64,000 nucleotides of DNA from NCBI GenBank assembly GCA_038146805.1, contig JAYQSH010000003.1:117807-181806 (forward strand). The letters run 5' to 3'. The first letter of the stretch is position 1. Every line of letters begins with the position of its first letter. This DNA comes from a bacterium (lineage in GTDB: Bacteria; Cyanobacteriota; Vampirovibrionia; LMEP-6097). Positions 1 to 10,520 of this stretch are shown piece by piece. The position numbers and the translations under genes were made by a program. The notes under the pieces are model-generated. The model saw only the letters and a list, made by a program, of their open reading frames with translations, was not told the DNA's origin and searched no databases.

Positions 1-677
1 ATAGAGAAAAATTATCAGAAGCAGAACGCTGGAATAGTATGGGAACTTGGACAAGACAAGTTGAGGTGCACAACAAATTTTATGACGGCAAAAACAAAGA
101 ACTGCTACCTCCATTAGAAGATAAATTAGTTCAACTTTTAGACACAAACCAAGAAGCCGTGATTAAATTTGTAAACAGTATTAGTAACAAAACAGTAAAA
201 GAAAAATTCTCTGTAAGGATTGCCCAAGAGCTTTTCAAAAAAGCCAGTGAAAAAGCAAAGATTATCAATCAAAGAATTTACAAAGGTCACCTAGAAGTAA
301 AAGATACCAATGTCGCACTCATTAATAATTTGGTCGATATCCTAACAAAATTAGGTTATTGTGCTCAACTCTCAAATACAGAAATGAGCTCTCAACTTTT
401 AGTCTCAAGTAATTCAATACTTGGAGAACAAGATAGATCTGCATTTGAAGAAAACTTTAATCAAATAAATCAACTTATGTCATCTAGATTTTTATTAAGT
501 AAAGAGATAAATAGTGTCAGTCAAAATATAAAAGACTTAAAAGAGAAATGTTTATACCTGCTAAAACAGTTTAAAATAAGACCAACGCTGGGTAATATCT
601 TAGAATGGATTCCAGAAGAAAAACTAATAAAACTGGTTCATGCAAAAACTTCTGGAACTTATACTCAAGCAGCTTAA
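1..677 (+). CDS. hypothetical protein, 5' end outside window
   Basis: Reading frame of the 39..677 ORF stays open back to base 3. K/E/N-rich helical sequence with no motif I recognise. Confidence 0.5.
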   Translation, partial: REKLSEAERWNSMGTWTRQVEVHNKFYDGKNKELLPPLEDKLVQLLDTNQEAVIKFVNSISNKTVKEKFSVRIAQELFKKASEKAKIINQRIYKGHLEVKDTNVALINNLVDILTKLGYCAQLSNTEMSSQLLVSSNSILGEQDRSAFEENFNQINQLMSSRFLLSKEINSVSQNIKDLKEKCLYLLKQFKIRPTLGNILEWIPEEKLIKLVHAKTSGTYTQAA

Positions 678-764
678 GAAAAAATTTAAAGATTTTGTTT
701 TATCTTGCATTTGCAGGCTTATCGTGGCATGATTTAAATCTTGAACTTTGTCTTCAAAGTTTTT

Positions 765-841
765 GGCTGGGTAGCTCAGTTGGTAAGAGCGGTGGATTCA
801 TAACCCACAGGCCGGCAGTTCAAATCTGCCCCCAGCTACCA
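765..841 (+). tRNA. tRNA with CAT anticodon (Met; an Ile2-lysidine type cannot be excluded)
   Basis: Cloverleaf read by eye: acceptor GGCTGGG/CCCAGCT, D arm GCTC-AGTTGGTAA-GAGC, anticodon loop TTCATAA, T arm GGCAG-TTCAAAT-CTGCC, encoded CCA. Not initiator-like. Confidence 0.85.
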
Positions 842-866
842 TTTTTTGTTTAGTTATAATAGTGAC

Positions 867-2513
867 GTGAGAAAAAAAACTTTAATTGTTTTAGCTATCT
901 TTAGTTCTATATTAGTAATCTTTACTACCAGCTATGTTTTATTTAAAGATCAATTCAAAGAAAAATTAATCCCAGAAATCCAAAAACAAGTCAAACTAAA
1001 CACACAACTTGATTTTGAATTTTCTGATTTTTCTCTAAGCCTAAAAGACCTAATACTACTAAAACCAAGCCTAAAAATAAAAGAGGCAAAGATAGAAAAT
1101 GTTTTTTTTGCAAAGAGCATAAGGATTCAAGTTTCCCTAAAAGAACTTCTTCACAAAAAAATCGTTATCAAAAAACTTATTGTTGATCAAGCCAATATAG
1201 AACTTGAAGAAAACCAAAAAGGTGAAATTCAAATCAAAACATCCTCTAATTTACAAGCACTTAGTCAAACAAATAATAACTCTAATAACAATCAAGAATT
1301 ACAAGAGCTGGAACTTAATGACTTACAAATTAAAAATAGCCTAGCTCAAATAAAATTACAAAATCTTACTGAAAAAATAATTATTAATGATATTAATTTC
1401 AAAGTTTATAACCTAAAACTAAATGAAAAAGGTCAAATAGCTTGCGATATAAACCTCAAAGCTAACTTATTTGAATCAGCAAACTCTAAAATAAATTTAA
1501 ATGGTAGGATTGGACCAATTTCTCAAGACTACAAAAAAATACCTGTAAACCTTAAACACAACTCTATTATTAGCCTTAATAGTCTTCCTGAAAAATTATT
1601 AAAAGAAATATTTGCGGGATTTTTACAAAATAAAAACACTCAAATTATTATTGACTCTAAAATGCAAGGAGATTTATTGTCGATTACTAAAGGTCAAGGA
1701 CAGCTGAGTGTTGATAACCTTAAGCTTGGTAAATCAGCTAAAGAATTTGTTCATTCGAATATCAATATTCCAATATCACTCGAATTTAATAACAAAATTA
1801 CTCCGACACTTTTACTAGAAACTAAAGATGCAAAAATAAAAATTGAAAGTGATGAAAAAGATTCCGGAATTTTAATGCTAAATGCACAAATAGGATTAAA
1901 TCTTAAAACCGGATTTATACAAGGTAATTCGAGTGGGGAATTAACAGGTCTTGAGGTCAAAAACTTACTTGATGCCTTTAGTGAATTTGGTAATTATATT
2001 TCTGGACAATTATTTCTTACAAATTACAAACTGAATTTTCAAGCAACTGACTTTACAAAAATTGCTAATAAGACTGTCGCTACAGCCAATCTGGAACTTA
2101 AAAATGGAAGCATTTATATTTTAGAATCAATTACAAAATACAAAGAATTTGCCAAACAAATTTTAAATTCTTTGGGTTCAAATATAAAAACAGAAAAACT
2201 CAAAGGTAAATTTACTGCGTGTAAAGCAAAATTAAGTTTACAAAAAAGAACTTTAAAATCAGATGAGATCATGATCAAAGTAGATGATCAGATTTCAATT
2301 AACGGTTCGGGAGAATTGCGTAAATTTAAATGGCTTGTTTACAATATCAATTTAGATATTCCTAAACTAAGAACAATTCCAATAAAAATTAGAGGTGAAT
2401 TAGAAAACCCTAAAATATATCCCGATATAAAAAAACTAACTCAAAATGAACAAAGCCCAGCAATTAATACTCTCTTACAAACTGGATTAAAAGATTTATT
2501 AAAGAGTAAATAA
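867..2513 (+). CDS. AsmA-family outer-membrane biogenesis protein (likely GTG start at 867; the ORF track start at 846 abuts the tRNA)
   Basis: N-terminal anchor KKTLIVLAIFSSILVIF, followed by a long beta-rich N/K-rich periplasmic region typical of AsmA-like proteins. Confidence 0.55.
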   Translation: MRKKTLIVLAIFSSILVIFTTSYVLFKDQFKEKLIPEIQKQVKLNTQLDFEFSDFSLSLKDLILLKPSLKIKEAKIENVFFAKSIRIQVSLKELLHKKIVIKKLIVDQANIELEENQKGEIQIKTSSNLQALSQTNNNSNNNQELQELELNDLQIKNSLAQIKLQNLTEKIIINDINFKVYNLKLNEKGQIACDINLKANLFESANSKINLNGRIGPISQDYKKIPVNLKHNSIISLNSLPEKLLKEIFAGFLQNKNTQIIIDSKMQGDLLSITKGQGQLSVDNLKLGKSAKEFVHSNINIPISLEFNNKITPTLLLETKDAKIKIESDEKDSGILMLNAQIGLNLKTGFIQGNSSGELTGLEVKNLLDAFSEFGNYISGQLFLTNYKLNFQATDFTKIANKTVATANLELKNGSIYILESITKYKEFAKQILNSLGSNIKTEKLKGKFTACKAKLSLQKRTLKSDEIMIKVDDQISINGSGELRKFKWLVYNINLDIPKLRTIPIKIRGELENPKIYPDIKKLTQNEQSPAINTLLQTGLKDLLKSK

Positions 2514-2517
2514 AAAA

Positions 2518-3240
2518 CTAAACTTCGTTATAACCTTCTGCAATCATCAAGACACGAAGTTTTTTTGTCGCTTCTCTAATCATGTGAGAAACACGTGAAG
2601 GTGAGACTCCAAGTTTTTCGGCAACTTCATTACCACTAGCATTTTTATAAAACCTAAGTTCAATTACTTTTTTCAAATTATCAGGTAGTTTAGAAACAGA
2701 CTTTTTTAAACTCTTTTTCATTGCTAAAAGCTCTAAGCGATCTGACTCATCAACTCCATTAGGATCACTAATACTAAAACCAGTATCTTCAGCCATTGAA
2801 TCAACAGACATGATTACTTCATAAACAGCAGCACGAGCATCTTCAGCAGTTTTAATCTCTGAAGAGACTTCAGCAGTTTGTTCTTTTGCTTGTGCGCCTT
2901 TAGCGTCAATAGAATCTTTGTCTAAAGCAACAACTTTTTTTACACCATACCAGCTTTGTCTTGAGCGCAATTCATCTTTCATTGCCCACTTTACAGACTG
3001 TGCTATATAACTTGAATTATATTCAACAGATTCTGAGTTTCTAGCTGTATCAATTAACTTATTTACAGCAATTAATCCAGTGTTCACAAGTTCGTCGTAA
3101 CTTAAAATTTTTCCAGTTTTACTGCCATACTCTTTTTTTGCAATCATTTCAACAATAGGCATAAACTCGGCAAGATCCTTACCTTTATTTAAAGTCTTAG
3201 AAGTGATTTTTAGAGATTTTATTTTATCTTCTTGAGTCAT
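2518..3240 (-). CDS. sigma-70 family sigma factor (divergent, group 3/FliA-like)
   Basis: Region 2-like YDELVNTGLIAVNKLID and region 4 HTH GNEVAEKLGVSPSRVSHMIREATKKLR. Confidence 0.7.
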   Translation of the reverse strand: MTQEDKIKSLKITSKTLNKGKDLAEFMPIVEMIAKKEYGSKTGKILSYDELVNTGLIAVNKLIDTARNSESVEYNSSYIAQSVKWAMKDELRSRQSWYGVKKVVALDKDSIDAKGAQAKEQTAEVSSEIKTAEDARAAVYEVIMSVDSMAEDTGFSISDPNGVDESDRLELLAMKKSLKKSVSKLPDNLKKVIELRFYKNASGNEVAEKLGVSPSRVSHMIREATKKLRVLMIAEGYNEV

Positions 3241-3411
3241 CTGGTCTTATTTAGAATTTGCCCCTGTTACTAATATTTTATACCACTTTTTTTCAATTAA
3301 AATTTAGTATCAATCAAAAAAATTTTCTTATCTAATCTACAAAGTATAGTTTTTTAATTCTTTTATCAAAAAAATTGGCTTTTTAAAAATATATATGAAA
3401 AAATCTATAAC

Positions 3412-4155
3412 ATGAAAGCTATTATCTTTGCGGCTGGGCTATCGTCTCGACTTGGTGAACTTACAAAAGAACTGCCAAAATCATGTTTAGCAATTACAAA
3501 AAATCAAAATATGATTGAAAGAAATCTATTTTTGTTAATCAAAAATGGATTCACAGATATAACGATTATTACCGGTCACGCCAAAGAAGCTTTTGCAGAA
3601 ATTATTGCCAAACAAAAGATCAAAATCAATACTATCTATAACGAACTTTACATAGAAAGAAACAATATTTATACAGCTTACCTTTGCAAAGATATTTTAG
3701 ATGAAGATACCTTGATTTTAAATTCTGATTTAGTTTTAGAAGAAGAAATAATCAAAATTGCTCAAAAACAAATGCAAAGCTCAAAAGAAAGTTTTATGCT
3801 TATCGATGATTTCAATCAAGTTGATGAAGAATCAATGAAAGTTTATGTGGATGAAAATCAAAAAATCACACGCGTTAATAAAGCCCTTAATCTAGAACAA
3901 AGTCTGGGAGAGTATATCGGGGTCTTGCGGATATCCAATGAAGACAAGCCATGCTTTATTGAATCAATGCAAAGCATTTTAGACAAACAAGAATTTAATC
4001 TTTACTATGAAGATGCTATAGATAGAGCAAGTGCTAAAATGAATGTTCATGCAATTAGTACACAAGGTAAATTGTGGACAGAAATTGATACCTTAGAAGA
4101 TTTAGCAAAAGCTAGAGAACTAGCAAAAAATTTAGAAGCAGAGTTAAAAGTTTAA
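3412..4155 (+). CDS. sugar/alcohol-phosphate nucleotidyltransferase (LicC/NTP_transferase-like)
   Basis: N-terminal MKAIIFAAGLSSRLGELTKELPKSCL signature of the GT-A nucleotidyltransferase fold. Stop overlaps the next start (TAATG). Confidence 0.7.
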   Translation: MKAIIFAAGLSSRLGELTKELPKSCLAITKNQNMIERNLFLLIKNGFTDITIITGHAKEAFAEIIAKQKIKINTIYNELYIERNNIYTAYLCKDILDEDTLILNSDLVLEEEIIKIAQKQMQSSKESFMLIDDFNQVDEESMKVYVDENQKITRVNKALNLEQSLGEYIGVLRISNEDKPCFIESMQSILDKQEFNLYYEDAIDRASAKMNVHAISTQGKLWTEIDTLEDLAKARELAKNLEAELKV

Positions 4156-5189
4156 TGCAATCAATAGACATTCCAAACAAAATAAAAATTTGTGAAAACG
4201 CACAAGAACTTGAAGTCTATTTGAACAGTTTTTTTAGCAGTCATGAAAACGAAAATTTTTTATTTCAATATAGTGACTTTGGCAAAAGCATATTTGAAAA
4301 ACAAATTAAGCCACTGCTAAAAAATATAAAATTTAAAGAAATCAATTCTAGAGAAGGTGTTGAGCTTGATGAAAATATTGATTGGCTATTTAGTGTTGGT
4401 GCAGGTAGGACTTTAGACATCAGTAAAATGTCTGCCTATAAATCAAAAGCAAAATTAGCATGTTTACCAACTATGATTGCTCATGATGGAATTTGTTCAC
4501 CTGTTGCAGTTATAGACAACAAAAGCTCAGGCGCAATTGTACCTTCAGCACTTTTTATTGATCTAAGTATCATAAAAAATTCTCCTATCGAGCAAATTTA
4601 TGCTGGTGTGGGAGATTTGGTCGCAAACCTTTCTGCAATTGAAGATTGGTATTTAGCAAAAGAATTCAAAGCCGAAGAACTAGATGACTTCGCAATTATT
4701 CTCTCAAGAAGGGCAGCTCAAAGTATCATTGCCAAACTAGAAATAAATTTAGAAAACCAAGAACAAGATAGAAAAAGTTTTTTGACTAGCTCTGAATTTT
4801 TACATTCATATATCGAAAGTTTGGTATTGTCTGGAATTTCAATGAGTATCGCAGGAAGCTCTAGACCCTGTTCAGGAGCTGAGCATTTAATTTCGCACGC
4901 TATTGATGAGATCTATGGAGCAAATCAAAAAGCCTTACACGGTATTCAAGTTTTAGTTGCAACACTTTACTTAGAAAAACTAAGAGCAAAAGATTTATTG
5001 CTACAAACTACAATCACAGACCAAGAATCAAAATTAACTAATATTTTAAAAGCCTACAATATGCCTTCTAGTTTTGCAGATATTGATATTGAAGAACAAG
5101 ATTTAAAAAAAATCCTTGAAAAAGCACCCTCAACAAGACAAAATCGCTATACAGTTTTAGACCAACTCAATCAAAAAAAAGTTTTTTGA
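4155..5189 (+). CDS. sn-glycerol-1-phosphate dehydrogenase-like (EgsA/AraM family, iron-ADH superfamily)
   Basis: Motifs GAGRTLDISK, LPTMIAHDGICSPVA, AGVGDLVANLSAIEDWYLA and SGAEHLISHAID match the G1PDH/AraM metal and substrate motifs. Confidence 0.7.
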   Translation: MQSIDIPNKIKICENAQELEVYLNSFFSSHENENFLFQYSDFGKSIFEKQIKPLLKNIKFKEINSREGVELDENIDWLFSVGAGRTLDISKMSAYKSKAKLACLPTMIAHDGICSPVAVIDNKSSGAIVPSALFIDLSIIKNSPIEQIYAGVGDLVANLSAIEDWYLAKEFKAEELDDFAIILSRRAAQSIIAKLEINLENQEQDRKSFLTSSEFLHSYIESLVLSGISMSIAGSSRPCSGAEHLISHAIDEIYGANQKALHGIQVLVATLYLEKLRAKDLLLQTTITDQESKLTNILKAYNMPSSFADIDIEEQDLKKILEKAPSTRQNRYTVLDQLNQKKVF

Positions 5190-5228
5190 CCCCTTACTTT
5201 TCAAAATAAATTTGCCACTATATAGAGC

Positions 5229-5837
5229 ATGCTCGGATATAGTGAAGAAAAAAGTATATATTTTTCTATACAAAACCATACTGGCTATGCCAAATTAAAA
5301 CATCCATTTGAATTTATTGATTTACAGAATTTTAGTCACCATGAGTTAGAGTCTTGTATTGAAACAGGATGCTTTACGGGAATTCCTCAGTTTAAATTTA
5401 TTGATTTCAAAAAAGGATTTAGTTTTGAACATAAACAATGTCATGCCGCTGAACACAAGACCTATAAGGCCTTTAAAAAGAATATTAGAAACTTAAAAAG
5501 CAAAACCCAATATGAAGATTTTAAATATTATATTCCAAGCCTTGAAGAAATAAAAAACACTAATAGCTTTTCTATATTCTGCGGTACTAGTTTCATCATT
5601 AGCTCCACACTCGCTACATTAACAATGGCTTTGCCAAATATACTGAAATATAAAAATCACGATATTTATTTTATGAGTTTTTGGATTTTATTTTCATTAT
5701 GTGAGTTTTACTTCTGCTCAAAAATTATTCAAAAAAAATATCTTAGCGAACCAAATCATATTCAAATTCTACTTGCACAAAAAGCTTTAAAGGAGGCACT
5801 AAATGGAAACAACAATAAACCAAATACTTGCAATTAG
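5229..5837 (+). CDS. hypothetical membrane protein, first gene of the T4SS-like operon
   Basis: Soluble N-half with a CHAAEHK motif (reminiscent of DUF1385, low certainty). Two C-terminal hydrophobic helices. Overlaps the next gene by 35 nt. Confidence 0.45.
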   Translation: MLGYSEEKSIYFSIQNHTGYAKLKHPFEFIDLQNFSHHELESCIETGCFTGIPQFKFIDFKKGFSFEHKQCHAAEHKTYKAFKKNIRNLKSKTQYEDFKYYIPSLEEIKNTNSFSIFCGTSFIISSTLATLTMALPNILKYKNHDIYFMSFWILFSLCEFYFCSKIIQKKYLSEPNHIQILLAQKALKEALNGNNNKPNTCN

Positions 5838-6255
5838 CATCACAATCACACAAATATTAGTCATTATTATGGCAATCACACTACCAATATGGGCGTATAA
5901 AATCATTGACAAATGTTTTATCAATAAACATGAAGCACTAAAAACCCAATACACACATACAAATACCCATACACAAATTATTGCATCACTAGGAACAACA
6001 ACAGCAGGCGTATTTATAATTCAAATTTTGCCGTTAATTTTTAGCATTATCGGTGAAGTCGGGGGGGATTTTGGTATGTCATCTATTTACGGAGAATTCA
6101 CTCCGGGAGCAATAGGCATTAGTAATTATGCTGATAATTTTTATGCTCTTACAGCTCAGCTAAGTGATATGCTGCAACAAGTTGCTCCAATGGCTGCAGT
6201 AGGGTTGGGAGGGTTTAATTTAATCAATAAACTCTCAAGAGGATTACCTGCTTAG
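5803..6255 (+). CDS. VirB2/TrbC-like pilin candidate
   Basis: 150 aa with a long N-terminal hydrophobic leader plus two further hydrophobic segments. Strong SD AGGAGG 6 nt before the ATG. Sits immediately upstream of the VirB3/B4-like gene. Confidence 0.4.
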   Translation: METTINQILAISITITQILVIIMAITLPIWAYKIIDKCFINKHEALKTQYTHTNTHTQIIASLGTTTAGVFIIQILPLIFSIIGEVGGDFGMSSIYGEFTPGAIGISNYADNFYALTAQLSDMLQQVAPMAAVGLGGFNLINKLSRGLPA

Positions 6256-8726
6256 ATGATTAAAGTCTATAAGCACTTTAATACTCCACTTGAACTCTTT
6301 TGGGGATTGAGCTTCAGTAAAATAATACGGATAATATTATTATCTACGGGGATAATAATATTATTTAATTACTGCAAACTAAGTCCCCAAAACCCATTAT
6401 CACTATTTATATTCATTCCAGCTGTATTCATTCTAGCTATTATTATCAAATCAGAAGATGACTTTTACACAAATTTAGTTTTACATCCATTTCAAGATCA
6501 TATATTTTTACTAAATAAAAAATCAAAAACATATGCAAACATCAAAACTACTATAAATAAAATTAAAGACTGTACTCTTTACAAAAATGATAAAAGCATA
6601 TGCCAAATAATTAAAATTGATTATGGCATTAGTATTCAAAACCTAAACAATGAAGAACAAGAAAGTATTTTAGATTTATGGTCAAGCTTACTAAGTGAGT
6701 ATAATAAAATAACTAATTACGATGATTACTTTGCTAATATATTACTCAAAGAGGAACTCACCTTGCATACAAGTATTAAGCAGGGCTCTAATGAAACCAT
6801 TTACTACATTGGCATTCATCAAGATGCTTTAAATGAAGATAAATCAATTATAGAAAGATTTATTGATCTAGTAAAAAACAAATTAGCATTAACAGACGCA
6901 CAAGACTATAACCATAAAAAAGAATTAATATTACTTAAAGAAAAAGTTGATTTTTGCAAGAGTTACTTAAATAAAATGCAAATCAACTGTAAATCACTTG
7001 ATGAATATGAAATTAAAAAACTTTTTGAAAATCAAGTTGGCTTTTTTTTTCAAAAAAAGGCTTACTGATTGATAAAGGAAATCATTTAGAACTCAAAGAG
7101 AATGGCAAAAAAACATTTTTAAAAAATTATTGTCTTGAAACTATCCCTGATAGTGGAGATTTGAATTTTTGGCTAAAAGATTTTTTCTTAAGATTCAAAA
7201 CAAACACTTTTATTACAATTAAATTTGAATATCGAGATGCCTATAAAGACATTAAAAAGGTAGAACAAAAAGCTAAATACCTAAATGAATTTAAAAAAAC
7301 CAAAAAAGCAATCAATAAAAGTATCATCCAAGAAAGCCAAAGCCTTTCAAAGACTTTAATAGAAAGACCCTATTCATTTAACTTAAGTATAGACTTGACA
7401 ATAAAATGCAATACTATTGATGACTTAAAAGAAATTGATCGATTAATAACTCGTCCGCATAAAAATGCAGTATGGAACAAACAAAGCCGTAAACAAATAA
7501 AAGGGCTCAAAGCAAATTTACTAGGCTCTAGAATTAATGAGTCACACAAAAAACACTATAGCGACTTAGCTTTAGCACAAGCATGTTTTTGTTTTTATGC
7601 CAATAACTTTCCCACAGATAGTCTTTTTAAGATCGGTAAATCTCTCACTGACAATAATGATATTTTTTTTAATGAAGCAAACAAAAAACTACACAAAACA
7701 AGATCAATAAACTTTATTGGCGATTCTGGATCAGGTAAATCAATGGCAGCAAAATTTATGATTAGCCAAAGACTAAAACACAGTATTCACAATCATTTTG
7801 TAATTATTGACAATAGTTCAGATGGCTGGACAGACTTTTGTCGTATTCACCAAGGTGAAATTATTGACCTTAATCAAGCTTTAGAACATAGGGTATATTT
7901 CAATCCATTACAAATTAACACTGAACTTGAACAACAAGTAAAAAACTTGAAAATACAAGAACTTTTATTATTTTTTAGAGCACTTAGCAATAATGACGAA
8001 CTTACTTTAGCAGAAATTGATTTTTTAACAAAAAGTTTAAATGCATTTTTTGATAAACAAAAGAACGCAAAACTTTCTGATTTATATTTGTTTTGGTCAA
8101 CATGGCACGATAAAGAGCTGACACAAAAATGGCAAATCTTAATTTCACCATATTGCAAGATCACAAATGGAGCATATGCATATCTTTTAGATGGAAGCCC
8201 TAGTAAATTTGACAAACAACTAACATTATTTCAATTTAGTAAAATCAATCAAGATTCTAATTTCTCTGATCTATGTATGTATCTTATTAACCAAGAGCTA
8301 CAAGTTAAAGCACAAGATCTTAATAAGAAAATCACTTTAGTTATTGATGAAGCCTGGAAAATTTTTCAAAGTAAAAAATCAAAAGATTTTTTTTCTTACT
8401 ATGCAAGAGCAGGTCGAGCTCTTGAATGTGCATTATGGACTATTAGCCAAAAACCTACAGACCTAGGACGTGAAATATATTCAAACGCTAGTAATAATAT
8501 AAGTTTTCATTTAAAAGAAAAAAAAGATCAAGAACAACTCAAAGCTATTGCTGGTTTTGCAGAACATGAATTAAAACTTTTTACAAATAGCTTATTAAAA
8601 ACAACAGGTTGCTGCCTTATAAAATCAAACTTTGGTACTGATTTAGTAGAAGTACAAGTAGCAAAAGAAGATTTATTAATATGTTCATCAGACAAAGATT
8701 GTTTAATGCAAAAAAAAGGACTTTGA
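6256..8726 (+). CDS. virB4: VirB3/VirB4-like T4SS ATPase, split into 6256..7068 and 7029..8726 by a -1 frame change at the T9-C-A7 tract (823 aa if joined)
   Basis: N-terminus has two TM helices (VirB3-like). Walker A FIGDSGSGKS, Walker B LVIDEAWKIF and TISQKPTDL are typical of VirB4/TrbE/TraC. The downstream frame is open from 7029 and encodes GLLIDKGNHL...FLKNYCLETIPDSGDLNFWL. The joined length fits VirB4. Confidence 0.75.
7053..7059 (+). promoter_or_regulatory. candidate -1 ribosomal frameshift heptamer A_AAA_AAG
   Basis: AAA and AAG are zero-frame codons (7054-7059). The zero frame stops two codons later (TGA at 7066). The -1 frame continues GGC TTA CTG into the ATPase body. May instead be a homopolymer indel. 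Confidence 0.3.
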
Positions 8727-8727
8727 A

Positions 8728-9243
8728 ATGTTGAATAGGTGGTTAGTTCAGCCAGGAAAAGTAAAAAAACTACAAAGCTTGTTGGCTTTAAGTTTTATTA
8801 CCAATTTATTTTTAATTGCACAAAGCTTCAAGCAAACTCATAAAGAAAAACTAATTCAAAACAGCATTCAGCAAAAAGATACAACAAAAATTAACAACCA
8901 GGAGATTTTAAATTTCACAAAGCAATATTTAAATTATTTTTTTGATACCGGATTAATCGCAGAAGAATTTTTAATCAAACATACTAACCAAGACTTGTTT
9001 ACACAACAAATAAAGCCTCAAATCATGATTAGAAACTCTAAAAACTACAAAAGTATATTTGATATAAACGATTCATACATAGAGTTTCTTGATCAAGAAA
9101 AATACAGAGTGATTTTAATAGGTACAGAAAATTTCAAAGACAAAAAATTTATTACACGTGAAATAACGATAGTAATCGAGATACTCTACTCAAAAGAAAA
9201 CTTTGAAGTGATTTCAATACCAAGATTTGAGGTTACAACATGA
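8728..9243 (+). CDS. bitopic membrane protein, VirB8-like by position and topology
   Basis: One N-terminal TM (LLALSFITNLFLIAQSF) plus a ~130-aa periplasmic domain. Starts 2 nt after the ATPase stop. Confidence 0.4.
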   Translation: MLNRWLVQPGKVKKLQSLLALSFITNLFLIAQSFKQTHKEKLIQNSIQQKDTTKINNQEILNFTKQYLNYFFDTGLIAEEFLIKHTNQDLFTQQIKPQIMIRNSKNYKSIFDINDSYIEFLDQEKYRVILIGTENFKDKKFITREITIVIEILYSKENFEVISIPRFEVTT

Positions 9244-10520
9244 ACTTTTGTTTACTAGCCTTAATATTTTTGATCAGCAATTTTCATAGTGTAAATGCTT
9301 TCTTTTTTGATAACAACAAAGAGTACATTGAAGATACAGCAAAATTTCAAAATATAAATTTAAATACAAAAATCTCCCCCCTAAAAGATCTTAGAGTTGA
9401 ATCTAATAAAATTCTTTTTTGGGATGACTTAGAAAAGCAACATGAACAAATAGCCTTGAGTAACGAAGAAGCCTTTAAAAACTTTTCTTATAACAAAATA
9501 ACTGGAATGTCTAATGGACTCATTGATGTCACATTTCAAGTACGCAAAGGAGTCAAATTAGCTATTGAAGAAACCTTTGGAGGCTATGCCGAATACCAAA
9601 AACGTAAAAGTGCTGAAGAGATTGTTAATTCAAGTTTTGAAAATAGGAAGAAGCTCAATAAAACTTTATTTTTTAAAGAAGAAGAATTTGGCGAAAAAAA
9701 TATCTTTGATCTATTTAACATTTTTTCCAATAACATCAATAAAAAAACATCTAGTTACAAAATCATTAACTCCATAATAAATACAACAATTATTGACAAG
9801 CTAAGAAAAACAACAAGATACTTTGCAATGCTTTTACTGAGTGCATTTCTTATCATTAAGGTTTTACAACAAATCAAAAAAAATGTAAGTGTTGAAAATA
9901 TATTTAGTCAAAATATTCTTCAAGTCATATCAATCATAATTTTCATAAAGTTTTCTAGCGTTTTTTTTGATATACATCTAAATCTTTTTAATAACGCAAG
10001 CCTAACTTTTTTGAGTTATTTAGAAGAATATAATCTAATAAATCATATGCACACAAGCGCAGTCTGGAATGAATTTAGTAAGCAAGCAGGATATTTTCCC
10101 AGCTTAGCAATTGCTATATTAGACTTAATCTCACAAATTTTCATTGGCTTATTTTATTTGATTTTAATTGCCTATGTGAGTTTTAGCATTGTTCTTTTTC
10201 CTTTTTGGGTGCTTCCCACTATTTTTTCGAGTTTGAAAAATCATTTTTCAAATAACTATTTAAAATGGATACAAGCAAACTTAGCTCTTATAGCAAGTCC
10301 AATACTTATCATTATTTTTGATATACTCGCTCAACAGCTTCAAGGTTATTCTTTATTTTTGTGTTTACTAGCAAAAACCCTGAGTTTTTATGGCTGTCCC
10401 TTGGTTATGCTTTTTATTTTTTTTAAAATAAACAACAAATCTAATGGCGATTATGAGAAAATCAATGAAAACAACCTTTTAATAGATGAATTAAAAGATC
10501 TTATTGCAAATAAACAATGA
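9240..10520 (+). CDS. polytopic membrane protein, VirB6/TrbL-like
   Basis: Signal peptide, ~170-aa periplasmic region, then 5-6 TM helices. ATGA overlap with the upstream gene. Confidence 0.45.
   Translation: MNFCLLALIFLISNFHSVNAFFFDNNKEYIEDTAKFQNINLNTKISPLKDLRVESNKILFWDDLEKQHEQIALSNEEAFKNFSYNKITGMSNGLIDVTFQVRKGVKLAIEETFGGYAEYQKRKSAEEIVNSSFENRKKLNKTLFFKEEEFGEKNIFDLFNIFSNNINKKTSSYKIINSIINTTIIDKLRKTTRYFAMLLLSAFLIIKVLQQIKKNVSVENIFSQNILQVISIIIFIKFSSVFFDIHLNLFNNASLTFLSYLEEYNLINHMHTSAVWNEFSKQAGYFPSLAIAILDLISQIFIGLFYLILIAYVSFSIVLFPFWVLPTIFSSLKNHFSNNYLKWIQANLALIASPILIIIFDILAQQLQGYSLFLCLLAKTLSFYGCPLVMLFIFFKINNKSNGDYEKINENNLLIDELKDLIANKQ

Noticed and set aside
605-853. 82-aa ORF in the track
   Set aside because: It runs straight through the tRNA(CAT) gene at 765-841, so it is a spurious ORF.
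7066-7068. TGA recoding (genetic code 4 or 25) as an explanation for split genes, also considered for the TGA at 27502-27504
   Set aside because: The two VirB4 halves are in different frames. The sigma factor frame has TAA stops further upstream. TGA works as a normal stop in the ATGA overlaps at 9240 and 10517. Code 11 fits the window.
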